NCBI RefSeq assembly: GCF_964355755.1
Contig: NC_092673.1
Coordinates: forward strand, 32,795,648-32,859,647
Origin: Antedon mediterranea
Taxonomy: Eukaryota; Animalia; Echinodermata
Direction of reading: 5' to 3'
DNA: 64,000 bases
The notes under the pieces were generated by a model that was not told where the DNA came from, searched no databases, and worked only from the letters and a program-made list of their open reading frames with translations. Position numbers and translations under genes: made by a program. Shown piece after piece: positions 14,161 to 27,859 of the stretch (positions within the stretch are counted from its first letter, which is position 1; every line of letters begins with the position of its first letter).

Positions 14161-14259
14161 AACAAGGCCATATACATGGCTGCAGTTGCGTGCTCAAGTT
14201 AGTGTTTACCGACCGACCGACATATTGAGATGTAGAGTCGCGTTGCACGCGACTACTAA
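14161..14259 (-). mobile_element. Short Helentron-associated (HINE/DINE-1-like) element
   Basis: Reverse-complement homolog of 25313-25443, with AGTCGCG..CGCGACT palindrome, (GTCG)n tract and GCCATGTATATGGC hairpin. Confidence 0.65.
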
Positions 14260-14269
14260 TGTAACAACA

Positions 14270-14345
14270 ATCAATAAAGAACACACACACAGAACGGTAT
14301 TCTAAAAGCGCATTTTATTGTGCAAACAAAATCACCAAATAATTT
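14270..14345 (-). terminator. Putative polyadenylation/3'-end signal of VLIG copy 1
   Basis: AATAAA on the minus strand (14314-14319) followed by a GT-rich element. The same module lies downstream of all three VLIG copies. Confidence 0.55.
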
Positions 14346-16693
14346 GAATTATAATAATTTATATGACAAATGAGTATTTATGTTATTAAACAGCAAAAGT
14401 AACATATTGATTCGACTAAAACTATTATTATTATTATTAAATTAATTATTAAAATCAGAAGAAAAAAATAATATTAATACCAATTACTGATATATAATTT
14501 GAGAATTCTTTTAAAACATGTGTTCCATTTCTTTATTTTCAGTTTCTTTCATTTTATTTCAACTGAACTTTTTCGGTGGAACATCTAGTGTTAATTAATG
14601 GTCAACATTGTTTTTAAAGCAATACAAGCAACGGTATTTTTAAATGATATTTATCTATGGACTAAAGTAATTTTATTACAAGGAACGCAATAATGATTAT
14701 TATATTTTAAAAATATACACACAAGTATAATGTACTGCCTCCTGACACTGAGGCCCAGTACAGCATATAATACACAGGAATCTCATAATGGTGGTCCCAA
14801 GAGATCAAATTGTAATCAGGTCAAAATTATTTACATGATACCATTAGTAATAATAGACTAGTATTGGGATTGTTATATAATTATATTTTCTAGAATAAAC
14901 AAGAACAGCTTAACTAAAACCTTATAATTAATAATAAGCCATATAATTGTTAATTTAAAAAAACAGAGTGAAAATTAAACTAAAAAGCAAATTGTTGAGT
15001 ACACAAACTTAAAGCTACTAAATCAAAGATTATTTAAATATTATTTTAAAAATGTATACCCTTGAATTCAAAATGTTTCCCATTTTATATAACTAAAAAA
15101 ACAAAAGTAAAACTGTAGGCCTATACATAATGCAAGATTAGAATTGTATTGAATTTTTAAAATGTTGTATTCGGGAATAAACCAGAAAAGCTTAACTAAA
15201 ACGTACAAATATTAGTCTCAAACTTAAATCTAAAACTAAACTAGAAAGCAAATTATGAACTAAAACTTAACGAAATTGTGTTTTCTAGTTTATTAGATTT
15301 AAAAAGAATTATTGTTTTCAACAAATCAACATTTATTTCTTTCAAATCGAATAAAGTTTAACACATTGCTTGTAAATGACTTATTTTCACATTAAAACAG
15401 TGTGAAAAAAATAGTAATAATAATTTTTTTAAAGTACTATATGCTAAAATATTTAATTAAAATAAATGAAAGATTAAAACAAAATAGTAAAGCTGTATAC
15501 TTGCAACATTAGACTTACTGAAGTAATGATTCATCATTACTAACAAGAAATATATTATACTTAAAGCAGAATTTTATAATATGTTAAATATTAAAGTATG
15601 TCACAAAAAGAACAACAAATTTGAAATATTAAAAGTAAAGCAATGTTATAATGAAATGCGATTATTCAAAATATAATTGCAAAAAAATGCTTAGGCCTAT
15701 TTATACGTGTATACATTTTGTTCAAATAATGTATTATGACCTGATTATTACTACGTGAAACAAATGTCTTTGTTTATTAATTTGTTGTTGGTAAAAGCAA
15801 TTATTATTGTGGAGAAATGGTCATATTGGGTTTACTAATAGAATTAGATTTTTCTTTCTTAATCAACATCTTTCGAATACTCAGTCAATAGCGAGTTTAA
15901 ACGTTTTTCATATGCACAGAATACATATCAAACCCGACTATTGCACATAAGTTTCAAGTTCACAAGGCCACGCGAGCCGAATCTCCACAAAAGGCTAATA
16001 TATATAATATAATAATAATATATGATACAGAGCGGCCACTACAGTATTCTTTGGCTAAAAAATGACACTCCCATGTATCGCGCAAAGCAATAAAAAAAAA
16101 TAGAGATGCGTGTTTTGTGTGGGAACCGTTGATTGTCTGGTCCTACAGATTTGACGGTGTTTTGATTTGCGTTAGTTATTCATCTATACCTTATTAACGT
16201 TACTCCGTCATTGAAATAGCGCCTAAAAAGTCATTTACAGAATATGTCGAAGGAATTGGTGCCAAACAGATCATCCAAAGTTTTCTAAATGGGAGCATTT
16301 TCTAACAAGACGTCTTCTTCGATCGATGACAAATGCCTCAAGCAAATCGTAACCACAGAAATAACATTATATGTTCAGAAAAAATGTTATTAAAAAATGC
16401 GGAACTCGTTAACGGACAGTCGTGTGGACATACATTTTGCATTAAAATGTTCCAGATTAGCCTATCGAAAAAGCTGTTTTGGGTTTGCTTGTTGGTATTG
16501 TTGAACGAATAGAACTGTAAGACTATGTTGAAAAGAGAAATCTTTAAAATTGTTGGGGTAAAAATACTATATTTGACCCCTTGATTTAGTTTAGGTCAAT
16601 TGCCCGTCTGTACTTATCACCGACAAATACATTCATGATAGGAACAGTCGGCGTTTATCAATCGATCTTATTATTTTATTTTGTTTTTGCTAA

Positions 16694-19600
16694 TTAAATG
16701 TCGTACACTTTTTTCATATCTTCCGTCGCTTCTTTCATTGTAATATCTTTCCATCCGTCTGGTATATCAGCCAATTTACAATCGTAGTAATTAGCAAGTT
16801 GAGTATTGTATTTTGCCATAAACCATTTCCAGAACATCTCTGACTCGCCTGGAAGTGGTTCAATTTTCCATGATGCATAGCGTTCATTCACAGTCCTATA
16901 ATTTCTGTAATTAATCCATTCCTTGTTCGTATGTTTGTTTCTAAAGCGATAATCAGACAATACTGCAGTTGTGCATATGTCTGAGTTCAGTTTTTTAGAT
17001 TCCTCCCATCTATATCCTGCAACTCCTTTCGGTCTGTGACAATCTGTACGATGATGATCATGGATACCATTAAGTTCACATAATGCAAAACAAAATGGAC
17101 ACACCTCCTGGCAAGCTAGTAGATCAGCTGTAAATAAGTCACAACAGGTTGTGTTTATTTCATTGAAAATGCTACTATCATACTCTTTAACTATGGCTTC
17201 TTCAGTTTTCTCTAGTTCAGTTAATAATTCATCGCAAAGTTCTTTCAAATCCAGATCTCTTTCCTCCTCAAAAAACCTAATGTTTGGTTTGACGCATAAA
17301 CCTTTATTTATGCGTTCGAGTAAAGTTGACCACCATGGTTTCATTGTCATAGCACATTCCGATTTTAAAGTAAAGATAGCTTGTTTTAATCCACTTACTG
17401 TTTCATGAACTTTATCACTATGTATTTTTTGTAGTACAGACGTACCGGTTTCATTATTGTGTAAACACATTCTCTCTATTTTTTCAGAGGTGAACGTTCT
17501 GATGCACTGTATTGGATTAGACAAATATGGCACAAAAGATTGAAAATTGCCTTTCTCTGCTATTTCAATCAGCATCCATGCATGAAGAGACATCTTGCTG
17601 GAAAACCCTTTACCCGAACAGTGTCTTAGATAGTCGATTATTCCAAGTTCGCATTTTTTCGGAAGAGATGTTTCAATAGCACTTTTAAGCTCTCGGGATA
17701 TAGTCAATGCCACCTTAACAATTATGTGTAGATCTTTACATTCTTCTTTGAACATTTGCCACAAATCTTTTCTTTTAGACTCCATGTATAGTCTAGGCTC
17801 ATTTTCGCGCTTGTATTGTTCCTGAATTCTTTCTAACCTTGGTATTAGTTCAACCTTGTAAATGCACACGGCTAGTCTAATCTGTCCTTGTTGGCTAATG
17901 GAAACTTTCTCACCTAGTTTTATCATTTTGAGTTCGCATGATAAGGAGCTAAGAAGTTTATGTCCGAATTGTTTAGTGTATTGCTTTCCTTCCTGTGCAT
18001 GGATTGCGATCTCTCTTGTAAGATTCTCTATTATGCGTTGTTTAAAATAATTAGCCTGATTCACATATGCTTTTTTGCTCACGGAACCACCAGTAATGTT
18101 TCCAAGAAATTCAACAGCCCGTCTAATAAAATCTGATTCGCTTTGGCCTAACAACAAATCCGTTTCTTGCACGTTAGTATCAGAAAAAGTGTTCTTTAAT
18201 ACCTTAGCAACTTCCTTTGCGTCGTTTTCTAAGAAATACTCGCCAGTGATTTCTTGAAAAGACTCTTTTATATTTACGTAATCATCACTACTTGGTATGA
18301 CAGAAACCCACGTATTCCAGTGTGTAGCGAATTCCTGTTCAAGATCTTCATCAGAGAGGTGTTCATTTCGATGTTTGTCGGCCAACTCTTTAGCTTTTTG
18401 ATAGATGACTTGTTCCTGCTTCTTAATATTTGCGTCAATGTCCGCTCTTCCAATTATTCTTTTTTGAGTAGATTTAAACACTTCATTCAGTTCCCTTTCA
18501 CTTTCCCTACAAAGATCTTGGAGTTGTATTTCTATCTTGCCTTTCCATTGACACGCTTTTATTTCTTCTTGAAAGTAAGTTGCCATACTTGTCTGAAAAA
18601 AGTCAATGTCTGCCTCTAATTTCTTCAAGTAAGTGTCAATGATGTTCTTACCGTCTTCTTTCATCTTTTCAGCTGTTAGTTTTTTGCATTCGGTTTGAAT
18701 TCCATCGCTGTGCTCTAGTGTGCATATTCTGAATGTACGGGCATGTTTCACAAATTCTACATTCAAAGCAATAAAAGCTTGGATTTCCAGAGAATTTTTG
18801 AAGCTGAATACAAAATTTTCACATATTATGGCATTCCAAAGATCAGTCAGCAATATTGTGAATTCATCTATATGATTAGGTTTGGACTTCTTCATCAATT
18901 CCAATACTTGTTTCTTCACTTTAAGAATGCCTTGGCTGTAACCAGGATTAGGGGGCGCCATCGGTGGTTCTCCTTGCCAAAGAGTGGAAATGTACATTAT
19001 ATGTTCATTTTCTTGAAAATGAATGACGTCAGAAAACGATTCATATCTGTCACTGCAATGCTCTGCTTTAGCTGCAATTGTTGTCATTTTATCTAACTTT
19101 TCTAGCATACTTCTTTTTTGTGTGGTGGTCTTATCATCTGCTGTCACATCAGTGATGTTTTGGTGTACAAATAAGCAGCTTGGATTGATATTAACATTTT
19201 CCATTTTCATAAAAGCATGCACAGCAATCTGAAGTGTGTCCTGCATGTCTGTTGGGTTTTCTCCCATAATATTTATTATGGTAAGATCGCCCAAACCAAT
19301 CACGAGTGTGGCTAGTTCATTGTCATGACTGTTGTTCTGTTGATCACTGTCGAATTCTGGAGATCGCAAACCCTCAGTGTCAACCACCAGAATAAGGTCA
19401 CAGTTTGTTTCTTTTTGTAATTCTGTATCTAATGATACTAGCTGGGCGAAAATACCTTTAGTACATCTTCCGGCACTAACGGCAAATTGTAAACCAAACA
19501 TGGCATTTAACATGGTTGATTTTCCGCTGCTTTGAATGCCTAGTACAGACAACACAAACATCTTTTTATTGCCAATTTGACATTTAAGAGAATTGAATAC

Positions 19601-21444
19601 AGCTTTAATCCAGGTGAGAGGCACGTAAACCGCATCACCGTCCATCAGCTCAATGGGATATCCATGTAGCAACATTTCAGCAGCAACTTCTGGTAAGTGT
19701 GAATTATTAAATTCACCAGTTGACAATTTCAAAGCTGATGACATTTCATAAATTTGTACAATTTCTCTATTGAAATGTTCTAATCCTAGTGATTCACGTG
19801 ACAGTTTCTCTTCAAGTTCATCAAGTTCAGTTTGTCTTGATGTTAATGATGCCTTCGATGTGCCTGGTTTGTTTTTTCTTAGGTTACATAGGGCATTCCA
19901 TTTCTCGATGTACTCTGTACGTATTGGCTGTAACTTTTCAATGCTATACCGATCGGTCATTATCTTAACAAACCCAAAGTAATATTTTCTGTTTATAAGT
20001 GTGTTTGAGAATGAGCCTCTAAACAAGTCATATGTGTAATGGCCATCTCTGTGTTTTCTTAACTGTGTGTGACGTAGGTCTAGTATCTCTTGTTGTAGTC
20101 TATCAACATAGTTTTCAATTTGCATATTTCCTTTTTTTAGTAGCCGATACTTTTCTTTTTTCTTTTCTCCAAGTCGTTTTGTTACCATTTGCACGGGTAG
20201 CTCTTTTTGTTTTCCGCTTTCTACATTATTTATACGGGAAAGCAATGCGTCGGCACTACTTTTCATTTTGGAACAATCTTGTACCAATTCGTCAACGTGG
20301 AAATTCATTTCTTGTGCCTTTTCAATGCACGTCTGGATTCTCTTGTTGTTTGCATTTCTCCGTTTACCTTCCTGAAATTTAGATTCAAGCAATTTCCAAA
20401 TCTCGGTGCTTATTTTCAGCTCGTTCTTATTTGATGACATTGAAAATTGTATTTGTTTCTTTGCCTTATCTTTTTTGCCTTCCATTTTAACAAACACTTC
20501 TTGTAACTTCGGTCCAGGAGAACCATCTAAGATAAAAATCACGTCACCTTTTTGCTTGTACAACGATTCAAGCAACGAGACGTCATCTTGGTTAAAATCA
20601 GCATCAGCAAATGACACAAATACCACAGTAACCACCGAGATAGCGGATAAGAATTGTGTCTGATCTTTAAGCTTAGATGCATTACCTCTCAAATTTATGA
20701 AAGTTAGTGCATCTGAAAAAGTGTGTTTCTGTGTAGGAAGGTACCACGTCATTTCTAATAAACCATTTGTTAGCTTTCGTTTTAAATTACCACCTTTGCA
20801 CCCAGAATTAAAGAAAATGTCATGTTTCTGCTCATTAATGACACAGTTGACAATTTTAGATTTGGAAATGTTAGGTCTTCCTAATCGCAAAGCAGACAAA
20901 ATCGGTAAATCTTCTTCTACCATTGATTTTTCACAAGATAAACCTGAACTTGTTTTCCATTTCTTTGTGATTGTGCTCATTCCCCACACAATCAGTTCCC
21001 ACTCTTTGTCCCGTACGTCCGTGACCGGAATCAGCAACGGAATAGCTAACTGGCACAGCGACAATTTTTCAATAAAAATTTGTCTTAAAAAATTGTCACA
21101 ACACAAAAAAAGTGCTGTTAGTGCATCTAATGGACTTATTTGACTGTTATCATTATCATTTGTTTTTTGGTCTTGTACAACAGAAGAAAATGAAAATAAT
21201 TGATCTTCTTCCTCTTCTTTCGTCGGTTCTTCCAAATCAAAAGATCTTCCTTCGTAGTTACACATCATAATATTTTGCAAAATGTACCATGGAATTTTAC
21301 TTGGATCATCATTGAGGTCTGCTGGTAAAATCTCATGTTTGGAAATTACAAATACGTCTTCACGAGTTAGTCCTCTGGGATGATATTTTGTTAGTCCTAG
21401 ACGTTCAACCACTTGATGTATGTTGGATGTATCTGCCATCTTAT
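16694..21444 (-). CDS. GVIN1: Very large inducible GTPase (VLIG/GVIN1/URGCP family), intact giant terminal exon; 1581 aa from the in-frame ATG at 21439
   Basis: P-loop GIQSSGKST, SAGRCT, DTEG, DNELAT and LW.G.PPMAPPNPGYS motifs, and C-terminal CPFC..C..H..HRPKG and WKWF. Phase-1 acceptor TTTAG|ATAAG at 21444. The symbol denotes family, not orthology. Confidence 0.93.
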
Positions 21445-21555
21445 CTAAAGAACTGTAAATAAACCAAAGTGATGAAAATCCATTTCGTGATCTACCTTCA
21501 ACACACACACAAAAAAACACAGAAAATAAGCCTATCCACATTTTAACTTACTTAC

Positions 21556-21642
21556 TATTCAGTAAATACTGTGTCGTACTCGTTCCGATTAAATTAAAGA
21601 TCTTGGCATTGCCACACATCCCACTGTCTATCAGTACAACTC
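21556..21642 (-). CDS. Candidate 87-nt phase 1-1 coding exon upstream of VLIG copy 1 (VVLIDSGMCGNAKIFNLIGTSTTQYLLN)
   Basis: Acceptor CTTTTTAG| and donor A|GTAAGT. It is open and in frame with the VLIG1 acceptor across a 111-nt intron. Confidence 0.6.
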
Positions 21643-22561
21643 CTAAAAAGTCACAAATCAGCACAATCTCGACTCACTGCAACTATTGTGACAGATCTTG
21701 TTTTTGGAAAAGTGCATGCATATAAAAAAGGCAACAATGTGAGTACTGTGTTGTGAATTAACGAAGAGTGCAGTATCCGAGCACCACGAGTCTACCAAAC
21801 GTCACTGGGTGGTACCTTGCAACGGAATGTCACTTGAGCTAAGCTAGAATCAGACAAAAATTAAAAGTTTTAAACATGTTTTAATGTAAAGTAATTTCGA
21901 TCGAGATGAATAAATAATTAAAAACAAAAGAGTTGGCACAAGTAGTACGGTCAGATATGTGAGGATAACTCCAGTTCGATATTTGTGTCAAAATAGATTT
22001 TATTGGCTTACTTTGTTATTCTTGAGTTGCTGAATAAAATAAGTTAGGTGCAATTTTTTTGACCACCCCTTCAGCCGCCATTTTGAATTTCAAAATGACC
22101 GACATTCCACAATAAACTTTGTCATCCATGGTATCATCGGAGAGGGAATGTTATAATACTGATCATTTTATCCATTACACCCATACCCGCATCCATATCA
22201 AAACATGCATAGTTACATAGTTATTTACCATTAAAACAAGTCACGTGACCAATAAAGGTCAAAAGGTCAACTTTTAATTTTCTCAAATACTTTACTTTTT
22301 GGCATCGTAGGATAGCTTTTTTTTAAATTCTAAATACAGTTTTACCAATATCTGTTCAATTTTCCTTTCTTTTTTGTCATAATATTCCAATTATGTACAT
22401 AAGATGATGGACGTCGGAGGTGTAGCTGATGATCATTATTAAAATGATTATATTACCGGCCAAACAAAAAATTGCTTGTTTACCCTACCGCCCGCCCCTG
22501 AATTGCCGAACGCTATATGGGGTGTTTTTTCTAAATGTTCTGAAGGTTTCATAAAGCTTAA

Positions 22562-22910
22562 AGCCGATTTTGCACTAGAAGGCGAATCTGTTTGCGCGAA
22601 TCCAACGTTTAGAAGAGAAAAAATCGCGTTACTCTCTTTCCACTACACGAGTGAATAGTTGCGATGTTCATGTTCTTCGCGCGATTGATGAGCTTTTCGA
22701 TTCGCATGAATACTCATGAAAGCGTCATAGCTTATTTCCTGAGCTCTAATTGAGAAACAATTCGAACTAGTAAATTTCTCTGAAGCGAAAAATTAAAGAA
22801 ACTACAATTCGTCGCAGAAGAGAGTATGACAGACAGAAACTTGAATACGTATACGCATAGCATGATGCTTTCGATTCGCGTGAACAAATTCGCCTAGTGG
22901 AAAATCGGCT
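22562..22910. mobile_element. PIF/Harbinger-like MITE
   Basis: TIRs AGCCGATTTTGCACTAG / CTAGTGGAAAATCGGCT, flanked by TAA and TTA. Confidence 0.75.
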
Positions 22911-25312
22911 TTAATACATGACTTTCGATCTAAGCTTAGCGTTATTACAGACCGATATATATCTTGCCTATATATCTAAGTTCTATGAGAGGATGAGTGT
23001 ACGATCAATGGCATTTTTACTTAAATAAAAAAATAAATGTACTTAGCAATTGATAATAAAAAGTTTGTAGGTAGTATAATAGAACAATATTTCAAACATA
23101 GGCCTACCATTTTTCTTAAATTTGGAAAAATATGTATTTTTAGGTGTAGAAGCTAGCCTAAGGCTTAACTAATAAATAGTTATTTTTGCATAATAATGTA
23201 GGCTTACAGTATCATTGTGGAGGTCTTTTGTATTTTTAAAAAACATTAAGGCTGCGGCATGGTAAGAATTTATTAAGAATACACTCGTTGTTGATATAAA
23301 GTTTGCGCTACACCACGAATATTAGTTCTGAAAAGATCTGTTGAGTTTCTCGACGTTTCGATCACTATGCTTTGAAAACTTTAGCTTATATCAACATTTG
23401 ATTTCGCCACATGCAAACCTTCAAACAATATGCTACACTCGTTCACGAACAAGGATAATACCAATAATAGGATACTTTAATAGGATACATTCCTGTCTGT
23501 TGGAGCATATTATCGTGTTATGTACTGTTTTTATTTAATTTCAGTGTAGCCTATAAGTGTGTTTATTATTACTGTATTTGGATTCAGAGGTGCCTTGAAA
23601 TGTCAGGATTTTCTAAAGAGCACAAATAATGGAATGGCATGTGTCAGGGTTTGTGAACGCAATTTTAAATATATATATATGACCCATGTCACTTTGTACA
23701 AACAACCTAATATACCACCTTTGGGTGCAGAAAACAACATTTATTTTGTGGAAACATGGAACTCTAAATGTGAAAACTTAAAAAAGCATAACTGTGCATT
23801 TCATGTACGTACTCATTTACATAACTACTGTAACTAAATCATCTTTGTTTTCTGTTATTTTTAGTTTACTAGAAATTCCAGCTTGACAGCCTGGTTCAAT
23901 TACTACACATGAGAACACGCACGCGCATAGTAGATTACATTGGATTACAGTGTAAAGCTAACCCATCCAATTATTAAAACTACGTATAAAAATATATATT
24001 TATATTTGCTCTAATTACATATTCTACGAAAAAATGATCGGAAGTACAATATTTGACCCTCGACCCTATTCATCAATGTTTACATACACAATTCGACTAT
24101 GTAGAGACTTTGTTTTGGACTCAAATGATTCAGATACACTTTTGTCATACACCTCGAAAACATGCAAATTAGTAGTAGGCCTACAATTAAAATGAAATAT
24201 GCAAATACAGTTGTCCCATATCTTGAAAACCACTAATTCTAGAGAGTTGATTTTTTTCACAGCCGTATTCAGAATGTACATATTTCTATTTGCTCTAATG
24301 AAACATTTTACAAAAACAAATTACTGGAAGTACGACATTTGACCCTCGACTTCATTTCTCAATATTGCATATATATAATGAAACTGAAAAATCTTTAGAG
24401 AATTTGCTCTGCCCTCAAATGACTCAAATGATACAGGTTTCTAGTAGCCAACATAGCACTGTTTAGTAAATCTCTAAACTACACCTGTATCACTCGCCTT
24501 GAAAGTATGCAAATTATTAGTAAAATTTACATGAAATATGCAAATTAGGGGGTGAAATACAGGTTCCTATATATCGAAAACTTAGAGATTAAAGTTAAAG
24601 ATTATGTAATCATTGTTTATGGTATGCTGATCGGTAATTTGCATAAAATGCCATGTGGCGCTGGCGTACGTATGACAACGTACGTATAGACTGAATAAAA
24701 TAAAAGATTACTGTACAATCATATCTCAACCTAAAGGAGTGGTCCATAACCATATCAATCAAGTTACGGAATTGTTTCGTCAACTACAACATTCTTCAGC
24801 ATTAAACAAATACGAATCAGTGGATTTGACCAAAAATTATATAAGTTGTGTTGTACCATGAACCAACAAATGCTACCAAATTGACTACTGGGGTAAGTAC
24901 ACTGATATGTTTTAAATACAATATAACAGTTTAAAATAAAATCCAGTTAGTTTAGTAATAAGTTTAGTTTTTTATTTCTTACACATCTGCAGTATCTTTA
25001 ATTGGCAAAATGTGGTAGAGCTGTAGAAATATTATTGATATTAAATAATGTTTCGTTAATTATCAAAACTGCTGGTCCTGTGTTGATAAATTATACGTAA
25101 AGTAACAATTATACGTTATAGCAGTTGAATGAATTTTTGTATTCGTAGTATTCAGTCAATTCGGTCAGGATAACAATTTCTTCCTATTTAACTCATAAAC
25201 ATTCATTTTGTATAATACGTTCAGTATCATAGTGTGTGTACTATAAAAATACGCAACACTCGCTCACGAATAAGAAACTACTTAACGCATTATAGTTTAA
25301 AGCTATGTCTCA

Positions 25313-25443
25313 TTTTTAGTCGCGCGCGTGCGTGCAACGCGACTCTACAGCTCACTATGTCGGTTGGTTGGTCGGTCGTTTGGTCAGTCGGTCGGGAAAC
25401 ACCAACTTTAGCACGCGACTGAAGCCATGTATATGGCCTTGTT
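25313..25443 (+). mobile_element. Short Helentron-associated (HINE/DINE-1-like) element
   Basis: TTTTTAGTCGCG...CGCGACTCTA palindrome, GGTT/GGTC microsatellite, 3' hairpin GCCATGTATATGGC then CTTGTT, with T-rich flanks. Confidence 0.65.
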
Positions 25444-25639
25444 TTTAAACAACATAACTTTTACCAAATCATCAGACAGCCTCTGTAACACTCACTCTGT
25501 TTAATCAAATCAGATTTAAGACTACCGACGTCATCTTTTATTTAATTGTTCAAGCCGATATATTAATCAATGGTACTGTTTCAACTAATTAATATTGTCT
25601 TTCAGACCGCAAATTTTTAATTTAAACTAATATACGAAC

Positions 25640-25775
25640 CTTTTAATTCCTGTCCAAAATCACACCCACAACTACGAAGTATTACTTCATGTTGAGTTAT
25701 TGCAATGTGACGGTTCTTTGCTTCACACACCCAATTTAGACGTCGCTTTTTGGAAATGGTAACCTTTGCAGTCAT
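25640..25775 (-). CDS. Candidate first coding exon of VLIG copy 1 (45 aa, MTAKVTISKKRRLNWVCEAK...CGCDFGQELK)
   Basis: ATG preceded by an in-frame TAG, then 136 nt open to a phase-1 donor AAG|GTTCGT compatible with the 87-nt exon. No recognisable domain. Confidence 0.35.
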
Positions 25776-27859
25776 TGGCTAATATCTTGTTAAAGGTATA
25801 TTTAAATTAGTTTACATAACTATAAATAATATGTATACCCTGGATCAATGGTTATTTCCTTCAGACGTTGAACAAAAGTTTATTGGCAAGAATTTCAGAC
25901 GTTGAACAACAGTTTACTGGCAAGAATTTGATTATTTATCTTGTATTAGAATAAACGTACATCATGACCTTATTTTCTTTTATGATTATACATACAAATG
26001 CATTTTTTATTTTCGTTTATGCATGAAAAGAAAAGTTCTCCTTTAATCCCCTGTTAATGGTATATGGTTGTATTGTTTCATTATTATATATTACCTTTAT
26101 TGTATTGTTTACCATTGATAGAAATTAATCATGTTGATTGATTGATTTATGTTATGGTTGATTATTATTATAATTATGGATTATTTAAGACACGGCAATC
26201 GGTTTATTTTAAAGTTTGGGTTATACAATTTTCAATTGAATGTTGAGCTAGTATACAGTCATCTTTTGTCGTTTTCAGATTATCACTCTTCTTAGTTATT
26301 CATACGTTTTTCCTCTGTTTTATCTATTCCTTTCCACTATAGCATTACTCTATTTTTCGTCAATATCATTCTCCTTACTCCTTACCGTCATGCTAACATT
26401 TTGCTCAAAAATATAATCCATTATTATACAGATTCGTTTCGAAGATGTTTACTGAATTAAAAGATAAAAGCAGGATAGCTGTCTTTTGAACCATAAGCGT
26501 GTTATTATACTTCTTTTGTATTTTCTTATTTCCGTGTCTATAGAATTATTTGGATTTAGTATTACTCTATTTTATCAATATCATTTTCCTTATTTTCATG
26601 CTAAAGTTTAACTCAATAATATTATACTGTAGATCATTATACAAATTCTTTTGAAACGCTTCAAGTACGGTATGTATAATTTAGGCAAAAGAAATTTGTT
26701 ACGCACTTATTGTATAGAAAACAGATCTAAATCTAAACATATAATAGTGATTTTAATTTGGCTACACTTTTGTACTGAATTCAAGTGTAATAGGATTACA
26801 TGCCTGTCTGTTGGACCATGAACGTGCTATGTAGGCCCCTACTTTGCTTTTCTTTAATTTCCGTGTGTTTAGAATGACTTGAATTTAGGAAGGTACTTTG
26901 GAATTATAATTGTCGTCAAGGTTTTCTAAACGGCACAAATAATGGCATGGCATGTGGTCAGCATTATAAGGGACATTTTATATAACAATACCAGTTGATT
27001 TTGCCTTTGTTGTTTTCTACCAGTCATTGAAGTTAATTATGACAATAATATTACATAGCCTATGTAAATACGTGAACGTGATTGGTTGAAACTGCATCAC
27101 ATGACTACCGCTGCGAGGATCGTAAATCGTATACCTGTATATGTAAAAATAGTGCAATTATTGTGTATCATGTGGCCCACCATCGTCCAATCAAATGACA
27201 GGAATCCATTGAGGTGTTATATATTCGTTGACCTATAAATCAGGTCCATGATATGATTGTGCTTTGTTATGTCAGTCATTTTAACCTAATTTAAGCATTG
27301 AATGAATTCATACTACAATCTTGTTGTTATTGAAACTACTGAGTTTCGATTGGAATTATTTTTTAAGGAAAGAAGAAACAATTATACAATTTTTTTTATT
27401 TTTTCAATACTGTCATTAGAACTTAATCAATAAAAGAAACAGGTTTAATTAGTTTAAAATACAGTCTTAAATGTAAAAATAAAATAATAAAATAAAACAT
27501 ATTACAGTATCATAACGAAAATGCAATTAAATGATGCAAAAAAGGCACAATATTTACTTTTTGTAATTAACATTTCAAAAAAAAAATTAAACATAATTTG
27601 ATAGGCCTAATGTCAGCAAACGAAGCATATATCAAAAAATTGTATTTCATTTCACTATGGAAACTTACATATTATGACTAATGACTAACTTTTATTTATG
27701 AATGACAATATACTACATTATAAAATGCAATGTGCGATGATTGACATTTTGTATTTTTTCCCAATCAAAATCTAAAACCAGCAAAAAGGTGCACCCCGGA
27801 AAATACATTTGAAACTTGGCTGTGTTATCGTCATCAAAACATTTTCAATTTATCAGTCG

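Noticed and set aside
17151-21143. Plus-strand ORFs overlapping VLIG1, and similar ones over VLIG2, VLIG3, the kinase and the retroelements
   Set aside because: They are antisense shadows of real coding sequence with no motifs.
21445-21541. Apparent signal peptide MWIGLFSVFFCVCVEG on VLIG1
   Set aside because: It starts at a non-ATG codon and lies in the pyrimidine/GT-rich intron upstream of the conserved acceptor at 21444.
24720-24900. Plus-strand segment weakly DED-like (VTELFRQLQ) followed by G|GTAAGT
   Set aside because: It is short, has a stop before the donor and shows too little similarity to support by eye.
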